A DNA stretch of 64,000 nt. Origin: the human T2T-CHM13v2.0 reference genome, Homo sapiens. The stretch lies in the NCBI RefSeq assembly GCF_009914755.1, contig NC_060925.1, one strand, 5' to 3'. Shown here one piece after another: positions 49,498-64,000 of this stretch (position 1 is the stretch's first letter; each line of letters begins with the position of its first letter). The translations under genes were made by a program, and so were the position numbers. The notes beneath the pieces were generated by a model, which saw only the letters and a list, made by a program, of their open reading frames with translations, was not told the origin of the DNA and ran no database searches.

Positions 49498-49843
49498 GTA
49501 GGGAGTGGTTACAGTAAATGAAAATAGAAAACTGGAATTAGAAATCCTAGAAATGAGTAAACTGCCTGCAGCATTCTAGAGGATGTGTGTTTTGTGGGTT
49601 TAACTTAAAATATGGTCAGATTATTAATTGGAAAAGTCACATTCTTGAAATACAAATAGAAATTGACTGATAGGCTACCACCGGAATAAACAGCTTTTGT
49701 TCCCAATTTTTATATTATTTTTGCCTTTCAGTCGGTGAGTTTTTTAATTGTTTAATTTGTTGTATCATTTGTTATTCATCATTTTGTGTTTACTTTTCAT
49801 TTATTTTGTTTCTGTTATTCATTTTTTCCATCTGGATTTCCAG

Positions 49844-50170
49844 GCTCTGGAAGAAGACATAGAAAACCATGCAACAGATGTGCACCAGGCAGTCAAAATT
49901 GGGCAGTCCCTCTCCTCCCTGACATCTCCTGCAGAACAGGGTGTGCTGTCAGAAAAGATAGACTCATTGCAGGCCCGATACAGTGAAATTCAAGACCGCT
50001 GTTGTCGGAAGGCAGCCCTACTTGACCAAGCTCTGTCTAATGCTAGGCTGTTTGGGGAGGATGAGGTGGAGGTGCTCAACTGGCTGGCTGAGGTTGAGGA
50101 CAAGCTCAGTTCAGTGTTCGTAAAGGATTTCAAACAGGATGTCCTGCACAGGCAGCATGCTGACCACCTG
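49844..50170 (+). CDS. MACF1: MACF1 coding exon, 327 nt = 109 aa (one spectrin repeat), probable cassette exon
   Basis: ttccag acceptor, weak CTG|gtattc donor, phase 0-0. Confidence 0.88.
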
Positions 50171-51124
50171 GTATTCATGTTTCCATTTTTATTGGTTATG
50201 TTATTCTGTTATTTTGTTATTTTGATTCATGTTTCTCTTCATTTATTTTTTTTTCTTCATTACAAACACTTCAACTTTATTTTATACACAAGTGCATAGT
50301 TAGTGGACTTGATGCTGACTGCTAATCTGTTTTTGGATGAGTCCATGGAAATACTTATATTTAACAAGTTAAATCAGTAATTCTAGAAGATGGTACAGGG
50401 TATATAGTCAGGGGCCATCTGAACTCCAACTCATGATTTACATTATTAGGTGATGGGTCACTAAGATTCTATTTGAGCAGTTTTATGAAAGATAATGTGC
50501 TTTAACAAAACCAGATCTATCTGTGTAGTGCCCAGGATTTGATCATACAGTTAAAAAACTTTTAGGATATTTCTGGATTTGTTCAAATTCCGGGGATTCT
50601 GTGTCATCTTAATAGAAGAGTTTGCCTTTTTCATTTCATTTTTATGAAATCTGTTTGGGAGAGTAAAAATAGGTAATTTTTCTAATAGTCTGATTCTTTT
50701 GCTTCGTCAACTTTAAATATGAAGAGAGTTTTTAACCAGGATTCTGATTTAAGTCAGTCTGTTCTTACTGAATTTCTTCTCTTGAACTTTCTGTTTATTC
50801 CTTATTTTGGACACAGTAGACAATTTTGCTCAATTTCACTTCTGCCTTTCTTGGGTTCAGGTTTGGTACCAATAATTGGTAAAGCTGATGTAATTCTAAG
50901 TTTTTCTCATCCAGCGCATAGGAAAGCTTGCCTATAGGTATCTGATTTAATTATTTTGAATAGTCAATGGGCTAACCAAGGAGAAGATGAGGGGATCAAA
51001 TATCTGATGTTTAAATTAAACTAGTATTCATCTCTTTACTTTAAATTTGGTCTCTTAAAGGTCTCGCATTTTGTTTCATTTGTAGTGCCACAGTTTCAGG
51101 ATTAATGGTATTCTTTCCTTTCAG

Positions 51125-51209
51125 GCTTTAAATGAAGAAATTGTTAATAGAAAGAAGAATGTAGATCAAGCTATTAAAAATGGTCAGGCTCTTCTAAAAC
51201 AAACCACAG
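51125..51209 (+). CDS. MACF1: MACF1 coding exon (ALNEEIVNRKK...LLKQTT)
   Basis: tttcag acceptor, CAG|gtactt donor, 85 nt, phase 0-1. Confidence 0.92.
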
Positions 51210-51709
51210 GTACTTTGAAAAGTGTGTCTCTTAGCACCCCTATGGTCTCAAAGACAATTATGTACCCAAGGAAAGGAGTTCCCTGCCTTAGCCTCTTCTT
51301 TATGTATATATGAGAAGCTTAGTATTCACTGATTGTATTCCCTACTGTGCTCCAGAAGGTTGTTTCCTGCTAAATCTTTTGAAAACTAAGTTATCTCACA
51401 TCTGGTTATAGATGATGATTTCTCCTCTCCTTCAGTATCTTGAATGCCAACATGCACTGAAAGGTGCTGGAAACATCTAGAAACACTTGACGCTGAACTC
51501 AGATTTTAATAATTCAGAAGTGGCTTCTTTTATCCAGTGGAAAGTTTATTTTATTTCCCATTTGCCCTTAGTATGGGATAGGTGAAATCATTACCACAGA
51601 GAGAGAGAGAGCGTCTATGAAATTAAAGCTCTGATTTGAAGAAAGGGGATCAGAGACTCCTCATTCCTAGGTCTCTTAAATATGAGTAATTGTGTGCTAT
51701 CTTCCATAG

Positions 51710-51951
51710 GTGAGGAGGTGTTACTTATCCAGGAAAAACTAGATGGTATAAAGACTCGTTACGCAGACATCACAGTTACTAGCTCCAAGGCCCTCAGAAC
51801 TTTAGAGCAAGCCCGGCAGCTGGCCACCAAGTTCCAGTCTACTTATGAGGAACTGACCGGGTGGCTGAGGGAGGTGGAGGAGGAGCTGGCAACCAGTGGA
51901 GGACAGTCTCCCACAGGGGAACAGATACCCCAGTTTCAGCAGAGACAGAAG
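51710..51951 (+). CDS. MACF1: MACF1 coding exon (GEEVLLIQ...QQRQK)
   Basis: ccatag acceptor, AAG|gtgagc donor, 242 nt, phase 1-0. Confidence 0.95.
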
Positions 51952-52584
51952 GTGAGCTGTTACTTTACCATAAAAAGAAAAAAAGGCTTCCTCTTTGTCA
52001 GAATCCTTAAGTTTTATCAACCTTTACCTTAAATATAAACTAAAAATATGTGCCCCCTTTCTTGTTTACTCATGGACAGTAAGATTTGACATAAAGACAT
52101 ATACGTTACACATATGTTATGAAGAAGAAAGAAGTTGAATCAAGTTTACTTTGTAACATTTTAACCTCTATTATTTATTCTCTAAAGAGTGCTTCATGGT
52201 TTTATTTGATTTCTCTGCAGGATCTAGTATAGTTCTAGATGCATAGAAATATTGTATAGGTACTTGTTAGGTTAAATACTGAGCCTTTGGTTAAAGCATT
52301 ATTTATCATTTCTGTTGAAGTAAGGAGATGAAAGAAGTATTAGTTGTTTTACCCAGAGACAATGTGGCTCAAAAAGTCTTACAGGCAGTTCTAAGCAAGC
52401 AACAATGAAGTCTAAAGTCAGGCTTCAGAATGATTGAAAAATCTGAGATGAGAAAAAAATAACTGAAGGAAGGAGGTCAGAGTCCTGCTGGGATGTGTGG
52501 TAGAGATAGCAATTTCCACCCAGCACAGTTGCTGATGTGCTTTATTTAGCAAGGTATGGCCTGAAAACTCTTTTCCCTCCTTAG

Positions 52585-52791
52585 GAATTAAAGAAGGAGG
52601 TCATGGAGCACAGGCTGGTGTTGGACACAGTGAATGAGGTGAGCCGTGCTCTCTTAGAGCTGGTGCCCTGGAGAGCCAGAGAAGGGCTGGATAAACTTGT
52701 GTCCGATGCTAACGAGCAGTACAAACTAGTCAGTGACACTATTGGACAAAGGGTGGATGAAATTGATGCTGCTATTCAGAGATCACAACAG
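52585..52791 (+). CDS. MACF1: MACF1 coding exon ([10 protein letters not shown]...IQRSQQ)
   Basis: ccttag acceptor, CAG|gtaatg donor, 207 nt, phase 0-0. Confidence 0.95.
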
Positions 52792-53569
52792 GTAATGCTT
52801 ATAATACCTCTGCATTAATATTTTAGACAGTATTGATGTGTGAGATACAGTACTATGACCCACATAAATACAGACTCAGAAATAAGAATGGGCTCAAGCT
52901 AAATCTGGTGGAATAAATATGTTTCATTGATGGGAAATGATTGGGTAGAAGTTTGTGAGGATGGATCCAGAATTTGACCAAAATACTTGACCCCTTTGAG
53001 TAGAGAAGTACTTGGAGAAGAGTCTACATGAGGCCTTTTCTTAGCTAATGCCCTGCTAAGAAGGCTGATGGTGATGGGAGTAGATAATATCTAGATTCAA
53101 AAGGTCCAAATGCACCACAATCTTAGTTTGACATAATTAACTCTCTTAGCATTAGATGGAAGAGGGGGAAGGAATTACTATCAAATATGCAAACCAAAAT
53201 AGCAGAGCTATCTAAAATAGAACCTTCTCAGTAAACACAGGTGTCATATTTCCCTTGATCTTTTTTCCTTCCTACTTTCTGGAAAAAAATCATTTGTTCT
53301 TTTGTGTAGCTGGATACACACCTCTTAATGTGCCGTAGTACAAAAAATAAGTTAATATAACTCCTTAGGATCATAGTGATGAACATATGCTTTTTGAATC
53401 ACACAGAAATTTGCTCTGAGTCCAGGTATATCCCCAGTGTGTCTTTAGAGTTATCCCTTATCTTGGCCAGATATTTCAATATGAAATGTATTGTGCTTGG
53501 GAGAAGCGTATTTTTAAATGTAAGTGTATATTGGCCAAGTTGAAGAGGAAGAGATAAAAGACTGGAGAG

Positions 53570-53862
53570 GTCAGGCATAGGAGACTGGGCTCACACCTGT
53601 AGTCCCAGCACTTTGGGAGGCTAAGGCAGGAGAATCCCTTGAGGCCAAGAGTTCAAGACCAGCCTGGGCAACATAACAAGACACAATCTCTACAGAAATA
53701 TTTAAAAATTAGCCGATCATGGTGGCAATTGCCTGTGTAGTCCTAGCTATTAGAGAGGCTGAGGTGAAAGGATCACTCGCGCCTAGGAGTTAGAGCCTGC
53801 AGTGAGCTATGATTGTGCTACTGCACTCCAGCCTGGGCAACAGAATCAGACCCTGTCTCTGA
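53570..53862 (+). mobile_element. Alu (J-like)
   Basis: Diverged Alu consensus. Confidence 0.85.
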
Positions 53863-54418
53863 GGGGGCAGGGAAGGATGGAGGATTGGGGAGCCCTCATG
53901 AAACTAACAGTCACGTAGAACATGTTCTTGGTTTTCGTTATTACATAACCATTTAAAAATGTGTTGTTCTTTTGGGGTCTTATGCTGCTTCAGCTAAGCG
54001 GGCACTTCCGAGTTAACTTGACTCATCCGTCTACTGCCATATTAGGTTTATATTTAAACATCTGACTAAACCTACTACTGTTCCATGTCTGGGTAGGAAA
54101 GAGCAATGGCAGGAAGAGTGTAGTCTCATAAAAACACTGATTAGAGGCATCTTTCTTTTGAAGGGGATTGATATCTGTTATTTCTAGCTGTAGAAACTGA
54201 GTTCTGTAACTTACTTTAAAGAAATTGAAATGTGGTCAGTTTTAACTTGTTTGCATCTTGATTTGTGATTTTATGAAATTCTTCCCAGTTTTGACTCTAC
54301 TTTGTGAGATATAAACTGTATTACTGAAAATCCAGGCCTTGCTTTGTTGAATAAATTGCAGTTATGTGGAGACTTGGCTGTATATAATTTGTTTATTTTT
54401 CTTTAATACGTCTATTAG

Positions 54419-54538
54419 TATGAGCAAGCTGCCGATGCAGAACTAGCTTGGGTTGCTGAAACAAAACGGAAACTGATGGCTCTGGGTCCAATTCGCCTGG
54501 AACAGGACCAGACCACAGCTCAGCTTCAGGTACAGAAG
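54419..54538 (+). CDS. MACF1: MACF1 coding exon ([11 protein letters not shown]...QLQVQK)
   Basis: attag acceptor, AAG|gtacgt donor, 120 nt, phase 0-0. Confidence 0.92.
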
Positions 54539-54931
54539 GTACGTGCCCACTCTTTCCTGAGCTAATAGAATCATCAGTAACTTAGAGTGACTAGGAGAGT
54601 TTCTGACTATCCCATGTCAAGTGGAATAATTTAGTGGCATGATGGTAAATAGAAATTAATTTTCTATGTATTTGGTTGAGATGAGGAAGAATTTTTTTTT
54701 TTGCTTTGTGAGAAAGGAAAAATAGGCCCATTAATCCATAATTAGCAATTTCCTTGATAGAAATTTTTGTAAGCTACTAAAAAGATAAGCTAGAGAAGAT
54801 GTTGGATAGGCAAAGTGTCAAACTGTATAAGAACAATTTTTGATGTGGCTTTTTCATAGATTTTGTCTTAACCTTTAGTAATAACAGGAAAAGGGTCTTT
54901 TTACTTCTTAACTACAGTTTACTTTTCAAAG

Positions 54932-55039
54932 GCTTTCTCCATTGACATTATTCGACACAAAGATTCAATGGATGAACTCTTCAGTCACCGTAGTGAAATC
55001 TTTGGCACATGTGGGGAGGAGCAAAAAACTGTATTACAG
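54932..55039 (+). CDS. MACF1: MACF1 coding exon (AFSIDIIRHK...KTVLQ)
   Basis: tcaaag acceptor, CAG|gtgaat donor, 108 nt, phase 0-0. Confidence 0.9.
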
Positions 55040-55656
55040 GTGAATTACATTTATTTATTTGCCATATTGTTCCTGTTTTTATCATGGTGAATTAGAAGCA
55101 CAATTGTGAAATGATGGTTTAAGGCTTTTTCCCTCCTGGACTTTTCTTATGATTGTTATTAAAGTCCAGCTTGATGTTCTGGGGAATTCAGAATCTTAAC
55201 CCTGTGTCCACAAATGTTTAAAACAGCCATCCTATATAATGTGAAATATATTGCAAATCCATCTTCTTTATAACAGGGGAATTGCTACTTATCCTCACTC
55301 CACAGGGAGCAAGCTTTGAGTTACTTTTCAAGGTATTTATGGTAGATTTTTTTCAGAACCATATGCAGATATTAATTCCTTCATTATATCCTTCTAAAAG
55401 GTCGTACCTAGTTTTAAAAGGATTGGTCAAGATGGTTTGTAGACAAGTTTTTTCATTTCGTTTTGTTTTGTTTCATAAAGGATATGTTTAAGCACAGTTT
55501 CCTCAGAAATATTCATAAACTGACTGAGCTACTCATCCTAAACATTTGAAGCATAAATGGCAGGTTTCTGGAGACTTTTTTTTAATCAGAAGAAAAATGA
55601 CAGGCAAAACTTGATAGGCAAAGATTCCATCGTAGCCCCTTAGATGTTCAGTTTTA

Positions 55657-56007
<351 letters not shown>

Positions 56008-56297
56008 TCATTACTGAAAGGTTAATTTTGCTGTGTTTTTCTTATACTATTTTACTGCTTTTTAAACTTTTATCTTTTAAAAATTATAGAAATAAAATAT
56101 ATGTATGATAGGAAAATTAGAAAATTTCAGATAAGTATGAAGAAGAAAATAAAAATCACTTGTAATCTTTACTGATATTTTAAAATAATTTAGTTATGTA
56201 TTCTTTTAGACTTTTTAATGTATATATACCTACTTTTTTTCTTAAGAGTTTATAATAGTAATACTTATCCTTTTTTTTTTTTTTTTTGCTCACATAG

Positions 56298-56516
56298 GAA
56301 AAGACAGAGTCTCTAATACAGCAATATGAAGCCATTAGCCTACTCAATTCAGAGCGTTATGCCCGCCTAGAGCGGGCCCAGGTCTTAGTAAACCAGTTTT
56401 GGGAAACTTATGAAGAGCTCAGCCCCTGGATTGAGGAAACTCGGGCACTAATAGCACAGTTACCCTCTCCAGCCATTGATCATGAGCAGCTCAGGCAGCA
56501 ACAAGAGGAAATGAGG
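56298..56516 (+). CDS. MACF1: MACF1 coding exon (EKTESLIQQY...QEEMR)
   Basis: Poly-T tract and catag acceptor, AGG|gtaagg donor, 219 nt, phase 0-0. Confidence 0.93.
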
Positions 56517-57441
56517 GTAAGGAGCATGCCAAGTTTCATTTTATTGTTCTAAAATGGTCTCTATAATTTATTTAAAAACAACATTTGTTAGTGTCTATAG
56601 GTGCAAGTTCTGTGTTACGAAGTTAATTCTTAATCAGTTAGAATTCCTTTCATAATACATAATCTGAATTATTTCCTTGGTTGTTTAATATCAATTGATT
56701 AAACACTAAGATTATAGAGATGTCGAGAACCTTAGAATGACAGAACTAAAGAAAGAACTCACTAAAAATCAATGGAATTTAAAATATTTCCGGGGATAAT
56801 AGGGTGTTGTTACACTCAAGGTATGGTTGGACAGTACTTTCTACTTAGTTAGGCACCAACTGGAGTGAAAGCCATGAGGTAATGTCAAAAAACATTTGCT
56901 CTGTATAGTTAATGACACTTCAAAATGTTTATTTCTGGTTTATGGCTTGTGCTTATTGCTATTCTTATAAGTGGAAGTGTATAAACTGGACGTAGTCAGC
57001 AGTAAAGTCAAGGAGTGGTTGGATTGCCAAAAATGTTGCTATTCATAGCTTATCCAGCTTGGTATCTCAGTCTGGGGAGGTAGACAATTATTAAACCATG
57101 TAGAGTAAAATAGAGTACATAGAAGTACTTATGATTACAGAAGAGTGTGGAGTAGACTTGTATGACACAGCTGGTAGGGGAAGAGAAGAGAGGATGTTTC
57201 CAGGAAGGCTGCTAGGGTGATGAGACATCAGAACTGACTTTCAAAAATTAAATTGGGTAATGTCAGAACCTAAGACTTAGGTGTTTTTCTGTTCCCACAC
57301 AAATGGTGAGATGCTGGGCCTTGCTGGTTTTTAACAATTTTGTTTGTTCCTCTTAAAGTTGATATTAGCTCTGATCAAAGTATCTAAATACATAAACTGG
57401 TATAAAAGTACTCATTATGGTTTAATTCTTTTTTTACCTAG

Positions 57442-57645
57442 CAATTAAGGGAATCTATTGCTGAACACAAACCTCATATTGACAAACTACTAAAGATAGG
57501 CCCACAACTAAAGGAATTAAACCCTGAGGAAGGGGAAATGGTGGAAGAAAAATACCAGAAAGCAGAAAACATGTATGCCCAAATAAAGGAGGAGGTGCGC
57601 CAGCGAGCCCTGGCTCTGGATGAAGCCGTGTCCCAGTCCACACAG
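57442..57645 (+). CDS. MACF1: MACF1 coding exon ([11 protein letters not shown]...VSQSTQ)
   Basis: cctag acceptor, CAG|gtatgt donor, 204 nt, phase 0-0. Confidence 0.93.
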
Positions 57646-58365
57646 GTATGTGTGTGTCTGACACTCATAACCTTGAATTGTCTACTGTTCTAAACAAGAG
57701 GTCTCTGTATCAGGTATGTCTCTGTGCTCAGGAATGTCCAGAGCAGCATGTTAATACGTGATCGGTAGATAGAACAGAAAGCTTAGCCTATCTTCATTTT
57801 TATTCCAAGGAACATTGGCATACTGACATTCTAAGGAGAGTGAAATGAGTCTTGGCTGGTATATATTGTCTGTTGATGGTTTCTCTGAAAACTTTATGTT
57901 GTGATGATCCTTTAGCAGATGATTTTGGATAAATTTACCTTGCAGATTCAAAAGCAGTGACTGCCTCAAAAAAGTACTTATTGAACCTGTTACTTTTTTG
58001 CTTTAGAGCAACAGCACATTAGTTTTCTTAAGCAACCAGCTAACTCATAGTTTAAGATGCTTGAGTAAGGAGTAGTAAGAGCCAAAGAGAAGCATAAACC
58101 AGCAGAGGGATTTAAAGCATGTAACTACATACTTTCAACTAATATATTACTCTTAGTGGTACTGTTGTCATGTCTGGGTATTTTATTCCTATGTTTAGTC
58201 AATATTCTTGGTTAATATTTGTACTTACTCAAGTTTCTCCCCCCACCTTCCGTCCCATCTCTCACTCACATTGTGGAATGTGTTACTTTGTGTTGTTGCT
58301 GCCTGCTCCTGTCTTCCCCACATCGTCACATTTCATTGTTGTGTTGACCGCGCCCACCATTACAG

Positions 58366-58374
58366 ATTACAGAG
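58366..58374 (+). CDS. MACF1: MACF1 9-nt microexon (ITE)
   Basis: ttacag|ATTACAGAG|gtaagg, strong donor, phase 0-0; gives STQ-ITE-FHDKIE, a variant I recall from MACF1 protein sequences. Confidence 0.8.
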
Positions 58375-59144
58375 GTAAGGTACCCATCCCCATTGGGACT
58401 AGGGTGTTCTTATAATGCTGAAAATTGAGGTCATTACCTGTAAGGGAATTTCCCTTAACTTTAGTGGAATAAATTTAATTAGTGCAGTTTATTATGCCAG
58501 TTTCATTTGGGGTGGAACCTAGAAGTGAGAGAGTGATGGGAAGTGATGTTGTTAAGGAATCCCACCATGTTTTTTCTATAGGACACTTGAAATTGATAAG
58601 CCTTTCTTTAACTAAAACCAGAGTTGGTTTGAGATAGATTTTTCTTAGGAGGCATGCTTATCTGTTTTGCTCTTTTCTCTCCTCTCTGCATCAAATTTTA
58701 ATGAGAACTTTTCAGTTGTAGTCATGTTATTCAAAGTAACAGAAAAGTGGGAAGGTAATAATTCTTCAAGAATAAGGTTAGATTTGGTCTTCCTTAATTA
58801 CCTTTCATTATTCCAACGTTTTTTCTCTCTTATTGTTCCATAAGGTGGGTCGTTAAACTGCATGCCATGTTACTTTTAAACTACAAGTCGTGTAGCATAT
58901 TAAGTTTCCCATCCATTTACACAGCTGGTGGAGGGCATCTAACTTGTTGGTCTAGTCTGTTGCATGCAACTGTCATCTCAGATGTTGACATACTGACTCT
59001 CAGCAGTTTCATAGTCTTGTCCCTTTTTTGTTACATTAGTTGGAATAGGAGAAATATTGTGGCAGCACTAAAGATTTGAATTGGTTTCTAGTATATTCAT
59101 ATATTTAGATTCTTAAAATAAATATTGGCTTTTTTTTTTTTTAA

Positions 59145-59508
<364 letters not shown>

Positions 59509-59660
59509 TAACCAAACTCAACACTTAATAGCCATTGGGCTAAACTGAGCACAGGTTATCCTAAACAGTAGTAGGATAATATCTTGTCCTTATTCCCTAA
59601 CACTTCTCCAAGAAGAGTGATGAGGTATGCTGTGATGGTAATGTTCCAACATTTGTTTAG

Positions 59661-59892
59661 TTTCATGATAAAATTGAGCCTATGTTGGAGACACTGGAGA
59701 ATCTTTCCTCTCGCCTGCGTATGCCACCACTGATCCCTGCTGAAGTAGACAAGATCAGAGAGTGCATCAGTGACAATAAGAGTGCCACCGTGGAGCTAGA
59801 AAAACTGCAGCCATCCTTTGAGGCCTTGAAGCGCCGTGGAGAGGAGCTTATTGGACGATCTCAGGGAGCAGACAAGGATCTGGCTGCAAAAG
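59661..59892 (+). CDS. MACF1: MACF1 coding exon (FHDKIEPMLE...DLAAK)
   Basis: tttag acceptor, AAG|gtgctt donor, 232 nt, phase 0-1. Confidence 0.93.
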
Positions 59893-60307
59893 GTGCTTGA
59901 TGATTGTCATTATTTTTAAAAATCAACAGAATAAATTCTAGGCTGTGGTTATCTTCAGCATCCCACCAGATTTATTTATTTCTTTGAATGTAAAGGCAGT
60001 CCCCAGTAATGAGTATTCCAGAAAGTCACTGGAAAATCATTTGGAATTCAGAACACATTTCGCCATTGAAACAAGGTTACAATTGGTAGTTAGATTCCCA
60101 GGCCAGGAAACAAAAGCTCCTTTAACCCCTAACGTGAGTAAACTACAGTATCAATAGTGGGTAGAACATAGCTACCTTTTGTAACACTTTCCATGGGAAA
60201 CATACAAGTTTAACACAGAACACTGGAAACAAGAGTTCTCATCTTAGCCCTTTTGTAAGTTAGGGGTTTTGTATCTTAGCACTACCTTTATAGTAGATGA
60301 TAGCTCA

Positions 60308-61016
<709 letters not shown>

Positions 61017-61157
61017 TTATCCTTTAGTTATAAATGCTTAGCATTTTTTTAAAAAATAGTTTCATTGAAAAGGTCAGAGTTACATGGAATTTCTGAATAG
61101 ACCAATTTCAGGCTCTTCAGAAAGTCCTATTCATATCTCTTTTTTTAACCTCCTCAG

Positions 61158-61384
61158 AAATCCAGGATAAATTGGATCAAATGGTATTCTTCTGGGAGGA
61201 CATCAAAGCTCGGGCTGAAGAACGAGAAATCAAATTTCTTGATGTCCTTGAATTAGCAGAGAAGTTCTGGTATGACATGGCAGCTCTCCTGACCACCATC
61301 AAAGACACCCAGGATATTGTCCATGACTTGGAAAGCCCAGGCATTGATCCTTCCATCATCAAACAACAGGTTGAAGCTGCTGAG
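61158..61384 (+). CDS. MACF1: MACF1 coding exon ([10 protein letters not shown]...VEAAE)
   Basis: ctcag acceptor, GAG|gtaaga donor, 227 nt, phase 1-0. Confidence 0.95.
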
Positions 61385-61492
61385 GTAAGAAGGAAACAAA
61401 ACCCTTTTTCTTAGGTGTCTGTCCTCTAGAAAAAGCACTTTATCAAATCAAAGTGAGGTATGTTAACTGCTTAGCCAGGCTGAGTACCTTAA

Positions 61493-61802
<310 letters not shown>

Positions 61803-61871
61803 TAAGTGAGACATTCTCCAATTGAAAAAAACCTGCTCATTATATTACATTTCTTAAATGTAGAAAAATAG

Positions 61872-62339
<468 letters not shown>

Positions 62340-62887
62340 TAGCATAAGCCAAGCCTATCTTGATATTATTTCTCTAATTTCTTACTTTTATTTCAGCTAT
62401 TTTTTCATAGAGAAATTCTTTCCCTCCCCACCTTGGGTCAATACCAATACATGAGCCAATTTTTAGGATCTGGCACAGAGTTTTTTTCAAGATCATAGAC
62501 CCCAGCACTTCTGTTATACTCTATTGTCAGCACTTAAATTTGTGACTTGTACTGTGTTATTTTACCCTTGATATGTTTCTCTGTAATAGACTTCTAGCTG
62601 TTGATTATAATTTCTTTGGAGGCAGGAAGGGGTGAACCTTTGGTAAATTATTGAACCTCACCATACCTTTTCTATAGTATTTTATATATACATATACCTA
62701 TATGTAATATATATTTTGTATATATGAAAAATAACCATGTAGAGTCTGAAGCTTTAGTGTCCAGATAAGTGAAACTGACAGTTATGTTGAGCATCTGCTA
62801 TTGATGGGGTATAAATCACATTTGCAAAGTTTGGTAAGTTCTGTTCTGTTTTCTATTTTGGCTTATATTCTATTCGTTTACATGTAG

Positions 62888-63010
62888 ACTATTAAGGAAG
62901 AGACAGATGGTCTGCATGAAGAGCTGGAGTTTATTCGGATCCTTGGAGCAGATTTGATTTTTGCCTGTGGAGAAACTGAGAAGCCTGAAGTGAGGAAGAG
63001 CATTGATGAG
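62888..63010 (+). CDS. MACF1: MACF1 coding exon (TIKEETDGL...RKSIDE)
   Basis: tgtag acceptor, GAG|gtgtgg donor, 123 nt, phase 0-0. Confidence 0.92.
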
Positions 63011-63108
63011 GTGTGGAGAAATGGATGAGGCACTCAGTTAGAACATTAGTGGGCCCAGACTGAAGAGTGGTATTGATTGAAGAATCTGATTGAATGTTTT
63101 TCCCCTAG

Positions 63109-63210
63109 ATGAATAATGCTTGGGAGAACTTAAACAAAACATGGAAAGAGAGGCTAGAAAAACTTGAGGATGCTATGCAAGCTGCTGTGCAGTATCAGGA
63201 CACTCTTCAG
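63109..63210 (+). CDS. MACF1: MACF1 coding exon (MNNAWENL...QDTLQ)
   Basis: ccctag acceptor, CAG|gtgaga donor, 102 nt, phase 0-0; preceded by a 98-nt intron. Confidence 0.95.
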
Positions 63211-63836
63211 GTGAGAGGCCAGGAGGTGACCACCAAGGAAATACAGGTTCTGTTTTTTGCCATTTTTGTCATTTTTGGAATTAAGCACAAAAGTGGATCA
63301 CCTTCACAGGACTGCAGACCTAAGATAGTGGTGTTTCCACAAATTTAGCCAAAGTTCCCCACTTGTAGTGAAAAAAGTAGCGACATCTGTCTGAATTCTT
63401 ACTCTTCCTGCCATGTTTATCATTGCCTGCTCATCATAGATTCATTCAGCTACGTTGTGAAGCTGGCCTTACTGTGAAAGTCATTGCTTGCCAGAGGTTC
63501 CAAACCCAGGTTATCTTCAAGCACAGTTTGGCACAGTTGCTTCAGAACATCATGAGCTTGCTAGCTGGGATTGAAAAATCTTCACTTTTATTCAAATTTA
63601 GTATTTCCAAATTGTAGTTTATTTTGAACATTATCTTGATAATGTTGGCTCCATTATTAAATCACCATATTATTAATATAAAGATCATTATTCTTTATCT
63701 GTGCCCCTTACCTGAAATCACAAACAGCACAAGGTGCTTTGATTGATTTATGTCTTCTTATGTTAGCAGAGATAATGCTAATTCTCTCCCAAATTCTTCT
63801 GGTTGTTTTTGACTGTTTACTTGTCTTTTGTTCTAG

Positions 63837-63938
63837 GCTATGTTTGACTGGCTAGATAACACTGTGATTAAACTCTGCACCATGCCCCCTGTTGGCACTG
63901 ACCTCAATACTGTTAAAGATCAGTTAAATGAAATGAAG
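63837..63938 (+). CDS. MACF1: MACF1 coding exon (AMFDWLDNT...LNEMK)
   Basis: ttctag acceptor, AAG|gtttgt donor, 102 nt, phase 0-0. Confidence 0.92.
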
Positions 63939-64000
63939 GTTTGTATCTGGGTATGGCTTTTGAAGAAGAATTGTTTTATTATAGTTTTTAAAGGCTTGAT

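Noticed and set aside
49748-50299. Apparent transmembrane segments flanking the exon in the 183-aa ORF
   Set aside because: Translation of T-rich intron flanks; splice signals delimit the real exon.

Overview
This is human genomic DNA: an internal 64-kb part of MACF1 (microtubule-actin cross-linking factor 1, a spectraplakin), on the + strand. I recognised the gene from the translated spectrin-repeat rod sequence. I traced 24 coding exons by GT/AG boundaries and continuous reading phase, including a 63-nt exon, a 327-nt exon equal to one spectrin repeat, and a 9-nt microexon (ITE) missing from the ORF track. A 33.7-kb intron (10544-44255) holds a CpG-island promoter and the 1427-aa single-exon ORF known as KIAA0754. 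That ORF has an N-terminal myristoylation-type motif, a 39-bp coding minisatellite and a phase-0 donor that can join it in frame to the downstream MACF1 exons, so it acts as an alternative first exon (a relationship I recall as already described). The rest is intron, dense in Alu elements, with MER20, MER47, MER46/Tigger4, MER3, Charlie, MIR, L1 and L2 remnants. The least expected observation is an 82-nt duplicate of an exon end and its splice donor at 48490-48571. It sits directly behind an acceptor-like sequence and defines a candidate 15/17-nt microexon. Repeat boundaries and subfamilies were assigned by eye and are approximate.
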